This document shows, in pieces, positions 19,862 through 27,619 of a DNA stretch of 64,000 bases; the stretch's first letter is position 1, and each line of letters starts with the position of its first letter. The notes under the pieces are model-generated. The model worked only from the letters and a program-made list of their open reading frames with translations. It ran no database searches and was not told the origin of the DNA. The translations under genes and the position numbers were made by a program. The DNA comes from a virus (taxonomy: Duplodnaviria > Caudoviricetes), in IMG/VR virus record IMGVR_UViG_3300033555_000001, positions 96,001 to 160,000 of that record; one strand, 5' to 3'.

Positions 19862-20947
19862 ATGTCGTACATGATTAAGATCGCGCTGTTTTTATTAGCA
19901 TGTACGGCAGCTGTACTATTTGCGGGTTATAAATCTTTTGCTGTATCTTACTTTGATCATTCCCCAAACTGGGGAACCGTGGTCAGAGTCCAACAAGAGG
20001 CCGACCGGTCGGCGGTGGTTGTTTCTGTAAAAAAGACCGCTGAAAAACAGATTGAAGTTCTTACTGACGAAGTTAACGGGTTACTCAAAAAAAGTGCCAT
20101 GTACGTGGCACATGAGAAATCACTGTACCTCTTGTTATTCACTGCAGTAATTACGCTTGAAGAACAGTCAGCTCTATCAACCGCAGCACTTGCTAAATTT
20201 GGCCCGCTTACAACTCTTTACCTAAAAGACTTTACTGGCACTGATGTTGCAAGTAACGCGGTCTCACAGTTTGAAAGCACAATTGTTGGTGAAGCACTCT
20301 CTGAGCGCTCGCAGGCGTCTGAGCTGCGAATGAACTTTAGAGCAGTTGTAGATTTTAGAACTGAGTTTCTAGAAAAGATAAACGCCAAACACGCGCAAGA
20401 CTTTGCTGGAGAAGTAGAGCTGTTTACTGCTGCCCAGCCGCCGGTGAGTGATCAGTATAATCAGTACGACCCAAGTACCATGACATTTGCGCCCTTTGAA
20501 CAGATGCGGCACCGGGGCTGGGATGTCAGTGATGAGGATGCGCATCTCCTGTACAATGCGCACAAACTAATAAGTGACATAGACACAGTACAAACCAGGC
20601 TGGCCACTGCTACAGCCAGTGCCGCGCAAAAACTAATTTTAATCTCTGAGTACCGGGCGCAGCTCGCGGACTCAACTGAGAGCGGTGGAGTAAAAGCGCT
20701 GCTGTTCATGCAGAACAAATCAAGAGGTGTAGTTAAAGAGGGTGATAAGCTGTACCGCTGTACACTAGGAGTGTTCAGGTGCACACCAGTAGCAGAAGTT
20801 AAAGTGCTCTTTGACGATGTGTTTTCAACACCACACCCAACCAGCGGTAAAGTCGTGCCAGGTTTTTTGATTAAAATTGAATTTTTTAACCGGGCAAACA
20901 GCGGACCCGGCCAGTTGTACCTTTTGCCGCCAACATTAAAGAGGTGA
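19862..20947 (+). CDS. Membrane-anchored/secreted coiled-coil protein
   Basis: N-terminal hydrophobic helix; own TATAAT promoter and GGAG SD. Confidence 0.7.
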   Translation: MSYMIKIALFLLACTAAVLFAGYKSFAVSYFDHSPNWGTVVRVQQEADRSAVVVSVKKTAEKQIEVLTDEVNGLLKKSAMYVAHEKSLYLLLFTAVITLEEQSALSTAALAKFGPLTTLYLKDFTGTDVASNAVSQFESTIVGEALSERSQASELRMNFRAVVDFRTEFLEKINAKHAQDFAGEVELFTAAQPPVSDQYNQYDPSTMTFAPFEQMRHRGWDVSDEDAHLLYNAHKLISDIDTVQTRLATATASAAQKLILISEYRAQLADSTESGGVKALLFMQNKSRGVVKEGDKLYRCTLGVFRCTPVAEVKVLFDDVFSTPHPTSGKVVPGFLIKIEFFNRANSGPGQLYLLPPTLKR

Positions 20948-20950
20948 GCC

Positions 20951-21199
20951 ATGATAGTATTTGGATGGGTTGGATCTTTTTTACTGGCAATCTGCGCACT
21001 GCCACAGGCGTGGATGTCTTATAAACAGGGGAACTCTAACGGCGTGTCTCATGGGCTCTTGTGGCTGTGGGCCAGTGGAGAAGTTGTCACGCTTGTTTAC
21101 GTTGGTGATAAAATGGACCTGCCGTTAATTATGAACTACGCGACAAACATAGTTCTTATTTCAATTGTAATTTGGTACAAATATAGACCGCGAACATGA
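20951..21199 (+). CDS. PQ-loop / SemiSWEET-like 3-TM protein
   Basis: ALPQAW PQ motif, three TM helices, NY near end. Confidence 0.8.
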   Translation: MIVFGWVGSFLLAICALPQAWMSYKQGNSNGVSHGLLWLWASGEVVTLVYVGDKMDLPLIMNYATNIVLISIVIWYKYRPRT

Positions 21200-21501
21200 A
21201 AGTATATCTTGATGACGAGCGTAAGACGCCTGTGGGTTGGGTGCGCGCGTATTGGCCGGATGAAGTGCAAGAGCTCTTGCAAAATAATGATGTTACCGAA
21301 CTCAGTCTTGATCACGATTTAGGTGATGACGAGCGCGGTACTGGCTATGATGTAGTGCTGTGGATTGAGGAACAGGTAGCGCTCTATAACTTTGTGCCGC
21401 CAATTATTACTGTGCACTCTGCTAATTCATCAGCACGAGATAAGATGCTAAATGGTATTGAATCAATTCAGCGGTTTGACGCCATCAATCTACTGAAATA
21501 A
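21196..21501 (+). CDS. Cyclic-phosphate-processing receiver domain protein
   Basis: YLDDER.P, LSLDHDLG, G.D, VHSAN signature. Confidence 0.8.
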   Translation: MKVYLDDERKTPVGWVRAYWPDEVQELLQNNDVTELSLDHDLGDDERGTGYDVVLWIEEQVALYNFVPPIITVHSANSSARDKMLNGIESIQRFDAINLLK

Positions 21502-21826
21502 CAAGCTCGTGCCGGCGACATGCCAGTACTGACCAACCCGCAGACGGCCCACGAGTAATGGGCCGTTGGTCGTTAAAGTTCGCACGGTTTCTCAGTGAGT
21601 AGTAATTAAGCCCGTGCGCAACGCAAAAGTTATTCATCTCAGCAGTTCTTACTAATTCCCCGGTTGGCGACAGTAGTATCCATACTTTGGCTGCCCAGTG
21701 CGCGGTGCCGCTTATTGAGGCACCTTGCTTTGCGCGGGACTCTGTGCTGCGAGTAACACCCCTTTTTGCGGTGGCCATTTTCTCTCGTGTTTCTGCAGTA
21801 AGTGCGGGTTTGGGTTTAGTGCTCAT
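21485..21826 (-). CDS. NUMOD3-type DNA-binding protein without nuclease domain (homing endonuclease remnant)
   Basis: ETREKMATAK, ESRAK repeats; WILLSPTGE..NFC..HGL tail; GGAG SD; TAAATA at 21849-21854 (-). Confidence 0.7.
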   Translation of the reverse strand: MSTKPKPALTAETREKMATAKRGVTRSTESRAKQGASISGTAHWAAKVWILLSPTGELVRTAEMNNFCVAHGLNYYSLRNRANFNDQRPITRGPSAGWSVLACRRHELVISVD

Positions 21827-21987
21827 TATAAGTGATCTCCAGTTCTGTTATTTATCGACTGGAGAGTGCGTAGATCCGGCGTAAATAACCCGAGAGCATA
21901 AATTATGCCTCACTAAAGGGTTCCAGCGAGCGTTAGGCTCAACGGTTAAAACGTCGAACGTCTTCCCACACCTCAAGGAGTACTCTC

Positions 21988-22422
21988 ATGGCCGTAACAA
22001 AAATTGAAAAACGCGCAACTAATCTTCAACACATTTTTGTAGTAGATTGGAATGATGATGGCATGCTAAAAGAGATCGCTGTTGTTATGGAAACACAGGA
22101 CGGTACACTGTTTGGTATTGAAGTAGATCGTCTGCATCCAATCGACAAGCAACGCCTTAAAAAGGTTATTACTTCAGTGCACGCGGACAAGTACCCACTA
22201 TGGGAACTGTTATCGCAGGGCAGACTGAACAACGGCATGAACGCCTTGGATTTCTTCCACGCTAACTACGTTAAAGTAAAGCGCCCACGCGGTGCGGTTA
22301 TCGGCGGTGGACTGGCCTCAGTTGAGCTTGACCTGGACGACGGCAAGCAAATTGGATCTAACTTCAGTGATCCGCGCGGTGGAGTTGTTTCAAGCGAATC
22401 GCCACCAATGTCCTCGTTCTAA
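21988..22422 (+). CDS. Late hypothetical protein
   Basis: AAGGAG SD; TAAATA at 21882; terminator after. Confidence 0.75.
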   Translation: MAVTKIEKRATNLQHIFVVDWNDDGMLKEIAVVMETQDGTLFGIEVDRLHPIDKQRLKKVITSVHADKYPLWELLSQGRLNNGMNALDFFHANYVKVKRPRGAVIGGGLASVELDLDDGKQIGSNFSDPRGGVVSSESPPMSSF

Positions 22423-22442
22423 AATCTAAATCACAGTAACTT

Positions 22443-22470
22443 GAGGGGTCGCGAGCGCGACCCCTTTTCT
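22443..22470 (+). terminator. Rho-independent terminator
   Basis: GGGGTCGC-GAGC-GCGACCCC followed by TTTTCT. Confidence 0.8.
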
Positions 22471-22483
22471 ATTGCGCCGAGAT

Positions 22484-22517
22484 AATAGTGTACATGCCTC
22501 GACTTATACAGTATAAT
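22484..22517 (+). promoter_or_regulatory. Promoter AATAGTGTACA-N17-TATAAT
   Basis: Identical 11-mer and spacing to 10044-10077. Confidence 0.65.
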
Positions 22518-22573
22518 TGCACAACTCTGACCAATAGGCGGTATGTTTACTGCCAACACACTAAGGAGATATT

Positions 22574-23206
22574 ATGTACAAGACTTTTACTGCTCTTGGC
22601 GTTGTTGTTGCACTGGTTTCAACCGTGTTTGTAAAACTGATTCAGCTCGAGCCAGAGCCACGAGGAAATGTTGTTATTGCCGAAAAATCAGACGTAATCA
22701 AAGGCGGGCAAATGGCGGTAGTGGTACCAGCTAATTTGTCAAACACGCAGCACCAACTCCTGAACGATGCGTATAAAATTGCCAGGGAAGACGGTCATAA
22801 AAACCCTGAATTAGTACAAGGTGTTATTTTACAGGAAACCCGGGCTGGTGCAATGAGCGTGTACAAAGTCGCTGGAAATCCGGGTGATCTGTACTACGGG
22901 ATAGGCCAAATTAAAATTGGAGCGGCCAGGGACGTGATGTCCGCATTCCCAAAGCTGTGGGCAAAGTATAAATTTCATACTCGAACCGACGACGAGCTCA
23001 AGGCTAACTTGATTTTAAATCAACTCTTCAACATTGAGATCACCTCAAAGTACTTAAAGCTATTACAGACTAGGTACGGCTACAGCGGCAGAGAACTTGT
23101 AAATGCCTATAACCGCGGACCGACCGGTGTCAAGGCCGTTGATAATCAATTTCACTATGCGCGTGGAGCCGAGTCAAAGCTAGCTGCATTTAAGCGAGGT
23201 CCGTAA
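22574..23206 (+). CDS. Lytic transglycosylase (SLT) with N-terminal membrane anchor
   Basis: ILQET (catalytic Glu), GIGQIK, AYNRG; hydrophobic N-terminus. Confidence 0.85.
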   Translation: MYKTFTALGVVVALVSTVFVKLIQLEPEPRGNVVIAEKSDVIKGGQMAVVVPANLSNTQHQLLNDAYKIAREDGHKNPELVQGVILQETRAGAMSVYKVAGNPGDLYYGIGQIKIGAARDVMSAFPKLWAKYKFHTRTDDELKANLILNQLFNIEITSKYLKLLQTRYGYSGRELVNAYNRGPTGVKAVDNQFHYARGAESKLAAFKRGP

Positions 23207-23286
23207 GATATTGGCAGGGCGTGAACCACTGAAGCACCACTTAAAATATTTCCGACAGTATAGAATTACAGTATTACTTCTAGAAA

Positions 23287-23484
23287 GTGCCTATGTTTTT
23301 TCTGTTTATTGCTTTTACACTTGGTTCCGCCTTGGCGGCATTCTATAACATCACGCCATTCATTATTGCCTGCGCATTAATCGCCGGTGTGTGTTTGGCC
23401 TTTTCAGTATTTCAGACGCTCTATGGACTGCTCGTAGAGGAAGAGGAATATTCTGAAAACACTGATCGCGATCAGCGAGGATAA
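23287..23484 (+). CDS. Small 2-TM membrane protein
   Basis: Two hydrophobic helices, acidic tail. Confidence 0.5.
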   Translation: MPMFFLFIAFTLGSALAAFYNITPFIIACALIAGVCLAFSVFQTLYGLLVEEEEYSENTDRDQRG

Positions 23485-23488
23485 AATA

Positions 23489-23638
23489 ATGATTGCACTG
23501 TTTGTCATCTTCGTCTTGGCAGCCATGGCCGCAGCGGTTGCAGAAGACTCAGGCTCGCGGGCTATGTGTGCGGCATTTTTAGCCACGTCTACAATTTCTT
23601 TACTTGCATCTGGTTATTTGTTTTTGAAAGTTTACTAA
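23489..23638 (+). CDS. 49-aa 2-TM membrane protein (not in ORF track)
   Basis: GAGG SD; MIALFVIFVLAAM...SGYLFLKVY. Confidence 0.5.
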   Translation: MIALFVIFVLAAMAAAVAEDSGSRAMCAAFLATSTISLLASGYLFLKVY

Positions 23639-24456
23639 TAAGATGCACGGCAAGTAGATCTACACGCGTAAACTGAGGCGCATTTTTGAGCCAACCAACC
23701 AGTGGTATTTGCTCTGTGTTTGGCAGTATATTTATACGCGTGGTGAGGTGGAACAGGTAGCCCGCTTACTGAAGTTACCGTGAGAGTTGGAGCGTGGAGA
23801 CTGTGCTCCTTACAAAAGTAATTAAGGTGATTTATTTTATACTGCTCGCCGGTTGGGGAAGTAATAATCCATTTTGGACCTTCAACTCTTTTAGGAATAG
23901 TACTTCCGTATTTTTCAATTCTAGTAGCAGACATTTTAGCTCTGGTTTCCACGCTATGTAAGCGCCCGAGGGCTGAAGCTCTTTTCCTAGCACTTACTTC
24001 TGGAGTTACAGCCTTCATTGCAGCGGCTCTACGTTCTTCCGTAGTTCTCATATTGCACTTATCCCTAAAAATTGGATCATTCCACATAGCTTTAACCCTG
24101 ATCCCTGTTCTCTCTGCGTGTCTAGTCCTCAGCTCTTCAAACAATCTCGAGGTAATTCTGATAGAATTTGACCTTTTACCTTTACCAGTAGGATCCATAA
24201 AAACCATCAATCTTAATCCAGCCCAAGCCTTCATCAAATTTTCGCCAGAGGTCATTTTTACTAATAGCCAATGGCACACATAATGTTCTTTTGCAGTAAG
24301 CTTTACTAAATTATCTTTATTGTTTGAGCCGCCCATTGATCCTGGGATGATGTGGTGCCGTTCGTAGTAACCTTCTTTTAGGATAACTCTTTCGCGGGCT
24401 CTTGTTACAATAGAAAAATAAATCTTTGTATACTTACTATTATTAAAAATGTCCAA
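23635..24456 (-). mobile_element. Free-standing HNH homing endonuclease with NUMOD3 motifs
   Basis: ERHHIIP..MGGSN..NLV.LT.KEH..CH.LL; HSVETRAKMS; AT-rich. Confidence 0.88.
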
Positions 24457-25489
24457 AGCGCAAACCCTCCAGGAGTTAATTCAAGACCGTATACCATTGG
24501 GCCGGCAAAATGCGGCGGGGTGGCATGCAGTAAGATGTGCAGTCTGCCACGATCATAGTGAGAGAGCAGCTTTTAAATTTGATAGTATTTATGCCGGGGC
24601 AAGCTGCTTTAATTGCGGGATCAAATTCAGATACGAAGAGGGCTCTGGCAAATTAAGCAGAGATGCTAAGCTTATTCTACAGGCGTTTGGAATTACAACG
24701 CAGGAGCTTGATAAGATTACAAGCTCTGCGTTTTTTAATAAAGCGCCAGTTGAAAAAGACATTACGGTAGAATCACTAAAACCAAAGCTGCAGTTGTTTA
24801 CGCCCGTAATTGAGCTGCCGCCAAAATCACATTTGCTAGGTTCACCTTTTTCTGAAGAGCTCCAAGTACCGCTTATTGAGTATATTACTGGGCGAGCGCT
24901 GGATCCACTAGAGCTTAACGCGCACTTTAGTTTAGATAAAAAATTTCTGGGCCGCGTCATTTTGCCGTGCATGAGAGATGGAAAAGTAATTTACTGGCAG
25001 GCACGTACTGTTATTTCTGGAGACACTCGAGCTCGCTATCTTTCACCGCCCGTAAACAAAGATGCAGTAATGTGGGGCTATGATAATATTTGGCGCAGAT
25101 CAGATGAGCCGCTGTTTATTACTGAGGGTATTTTCGATGCCGCATCAATTAATGGTGTTGCTCTGTTAGGCTCGACGCTCAATGAAGCCAAGCTTGAAGT
25201 GCTGAACAAGTGCAAGCGCAGGAAAATTGTTGTGGTTGACAGAGACTCTAATGGCGGTGCGCTTGCAGTACTGGCCCTGCAAAACGGTTGGGAAATTACA
25301 TTCCCGCCTAAGGGTGTAGAAGATGTAAATGGCAGTGTTAGAAAATTTGGTCGATTGGTAACAATTTGGACGCTGTTAAAAGAGGCCACCGTCCCAACTG
25401 GTCTAAAAACTGCGGATGGTCTAGGTGTACAATCAAAGTTAAATCTGGGCATGGAGCTCATGCTTGCAAACCTCTCAAGGAGAAAATAA
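24449..25489 (+). CDS. gp61: DNA primase (T4 gp61-like)
   Basis: CAVC..CFNC zinc ribbon; YWQAR; TOPRIM ITEGIFDA, DRD, EDVN. Confidence 0.92.
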   Translation: MSKAQTLQELIQDRIPLGRQNAAGWHAVRCAVCHDHSERAAFKFDSIYAGASCFNCGIKFRYEEGSGKLSRDAKLILQAFGITTQELDKITSSAFFNKAPVEKDITVESLKPKLQLFTPVIELPPKSHLLGSPFSEELQVPLIEYITGRALDPLELNAHFSLDKKFLGRVILPCMRDGKVIYWQARTVISGDTRARYLSPPVNKDAVMWGYDNIWRRSDEPLFITEGIFDAASINGVALLGSTLNEAKLEVLNKCKRRKIVVVDRDSNGGALAVLALQNGWEITFPPKGVEDVNGSVRKFGRLVTIWTLLKEATVPTGLKTADGLGVQSKLNLGMELMLANLSRRK

Positions 25490-25490
25490 A

Positions 25491-25664
25491 ATGGCAAAGT
25501 ATTCAATCAGCATTGCATTTGACGTCACGGCAAAAGACTACGAGGACGCGCATGAAAAGCGTGATGCAATTATGTATCTGGTGAAATCAGAAAAGATGTG
25601 CTCTGATTCTCAGGAAATTGACGTTGAGCTCACAGAAGATGATGAGGAAGAAGGCGAAGAATGA
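25491..25664 (+). CDS. Small acidic protein
   Basis: AAGGAG SD before ATG 25491. Confidence 0.55.
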   Translation: MAKYSISIAFDVTAKDYEDAHEKRDAIMYLVKSEKMCSDSQEIDVELTEDDEEEGEE

Positions 25665-25876
25665 AATTGCCAAGACTGCTTCCGGTTTATACGATCAGAC
25701 TTGTGTATAAGTCTGGGTATACACATAACTTTGAAGTATACACTTTTTCTATTGACGACAATAATACGTGGAAATGGAGCGCTGTGTCTAAGAGAAACTC
25801 GCCGGTTGCAATAGGGATTACGGATATTGTTGCTATTTGGACGATCGGAGTGCGCAAGAAGCTGTGTTTTATTTAA
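25661..25876 (+). CDS. Hypothetical protein
   Basis: Overlap coupling. Confidence 0.55.
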   Translation: MKLPRLLPVYTIRLVYKSGYTHNFEVYTFSIDDNNTWKWSAVSKRNSPVAIGITDIVAIWTIGVRKKLCFI

Positions 25877-25910
25877 AACACATTGTAAGTCAGTTGGTTA
25901 AAGGAGTCAC

Positions 25911-27257
25911 ATGAGTGAGTTAATGATTGATGACGTTGCGCAAAGACTGTACATTAGCTCAATGTTAGGAGACCCCGGGCTGTTTGCCCGGGTGCAACAC
26001 CTATTAAAGCCGTCGTATTTTGATGCAAACATGCAGGGTGGTATTAAGTTTTTACAGGATTTTTACAGGGAACACAGAGGTGTTCCGTCAGCACCTGTGT
26101 TTTTTGCGGGTACAAAGCTTGACTTGCCAGCGCAGCCACTGCAAAAACAAGATGTGGCGTTCATCTCAGAACAGATTGCAAAATTTTGTCAGATCCGAGC
26201 GGTGACTGAGGCAGTACTGGCGTCTCCTGCACTGATTGAAAAAGGCGACTTTGGTGCGCTAGTGGCCAGTGTAAAGTTAGCAACGCAAGTACAACTGCAC
26301 ACTGATTTAGGCTTGGATTACTTTGCTGATCCAGTTGCGCGGCTTACTGAGAGTGAGAGCCAAGAAGTGCTGATGCCACTTGGGTGGGATTCTGTCGATG
26401 AAATGATTGGCGGTGGAGTTGGTCGGCAGGAATTAATACTTTTTACCGCAAATTCAGGTGGTGGTAAGTCCGTAGCAATGCTGAACGTTGGTTTTAATAT
26501 GCTCAGCCGAGGACTCAATGGCGTCTATATCACTCTTGAAATGCGAGATCGAGTTGTAGCAAAACGGCTGGACTCAATGATCAGTCGTATTAGCGGCAAA
26601 AATATTAACGCCAATAAACTAAAAGTTGGTCAGGATATTGAGTGCGCCAAAGAGCAGGGTTTTGGCCGGTTTTTTGTAAAGCGAATGAGAGAGGGCAGCA
26701 CAAACGCCGATCACATTATTTCGTACTTGAGAGAGCTAGAAGCGGTTCATGGCTTTAGACCGGACTTTGTTATTGTTGACTACATTGATCTCTGCGCCTC
26801 AGTTCAAAAACACGATGGCGGTAATATGTTTACCAAGGACAAGTACGTAACAGAAGAAATTAGAGCCATTGGTTTTGACTTTGACTGTCTCATGATTAGC
26901 GCGTCTCAACTTGGTCGCGGTGCTATTGTTGCAACCCGAGAAGATAAATCCCTGGGTCAAGATCATATCCAAGGTGGTATATCTAAAATCAATACTTCTG
27001 ACTTAGTTATTGCGCTTGTAAAAGATGAGGCAATGGATGCTGCGGGCGAATACAGATTTGAATTTTTAAAAGCCAGAAATTCAAATGCAGTAAACAAAAA
27101 GCTAATTATGGCCTGGGACTCTGAGAGTCTGCGCATTTCCGATGTAGGGTTAAAACTTATGGCTCCGCGACAAAAGCCACGGTCTGGTCTGACGCTTGGT
27201 GACACTGTTCCAGGAAAAACTCTCGGGTTAAGTGATTTACTGGGCAGATCGCAGTAA
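25911..27257 (+). CDS. gp41: Replicative DnaB-like helicase (T4 gp41-like)
   Basis: ANSGGGKS, YITLEM, VIVDYID, SASQLGR, KARN. Confidence 0.93.
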   Translation: MSELMIDDVAQRLYISSMLGDPGLFARVQHLLKPSYFDANMQGGIKFLQDFYREHRGVPSAPVFFAGTKLDLPAQPLQKQDVAFISEQIAKFCQIRAVTEAVLASPALIEKGDFGALVASVKLATQVQLHTDLGLDYFADPVARLTESESQEVLMPLGWDSVDEMIGGGVGRQELILFTANSGGGKSVAMLNVGFNMLSRGLNGVYITLEMRDRVVAKRLDSMISRISGKNINANKLKVGQDIECAKEQGFGRFFVKRMREGSTNADHIISYLRELEAVHGFRPDFVIVDYIDLCASVQKHDGGNMFTKDKYVTEEIRAIGFDFDCLMISASQLGRGAIVATREDKSLGQDHIQGGISKINTSDLVIALVKDEAMDAAGEYRFEFLKARNSNAVNKKLIMAWDSESLRISDVGLKLMAPRQKPRSGLTLGDTVPGKTLGLSDLLGRSQ

Positions 27258-27300
27258 GAATAATCTGATAATAAATAAGACGACACGACACGGAGGAATT

Positions 27301-27549
27301 ATGGATCAAACAAATTCAATTACAGTAGATGGTATTAGCTATGATGCAGGGCAATTCACACAAAGCGTGCAGCAAGCCGTAAGCATTTATAAAAACTTTC
27401 AGGCTGATTTGCAAAAAGAGCAGCTTGCGGTTATTAAGACTCAGGCTGCACTTGACAATATTGGCAAGCAAATTGGCGAAGCTGTTAAAACAGAACTGGC
27501 TGAGAAACTTGCAAACGCGTCAAAGGTAGAAACTGGGTCAGCCGCCTAA
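27301..27549 (+). CDS. Small coiled-coil protein
   Basis: GGAGG SD; ITVDGISY followed by coiled coil. Confidence 0.7.
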   Translation: MDQTNSITVDGISYDAGQFTQSVQQAVSIYKNFQADLQKEQLAVIKTQAALDNIGKQIGEAVKTELAEKLANASKVETGSAA

Positions 27550-27609
27550 GTAGAATTAACAGCATATCACTTTGGCCGGCTGTTTGTCTGCCAGAGGTTG
27601 TTTCCGGCA

Positions 27610-27615
27610 TAAATA
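27610..27615 (+). promoter_or_regulatory. T4-like late promoter core TAAATA
   Basis: TAAATA recurs before late/structural genes: + 10588, 21882, 27272, 27610, 34739; - 6916, 21849, 38229, 41717, 44069, 46462, 49088, 49785, 63722. Confidence 0.7.
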
Positions 27616-27619
27616 GAAG

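Noticed and set aside
13993-27257. Inteins or introns in polymerase, primase or helicase
   Set aside because: ORFs are continuous with normal lengths; no C/S...HN-C/S/T splice motifs recognised
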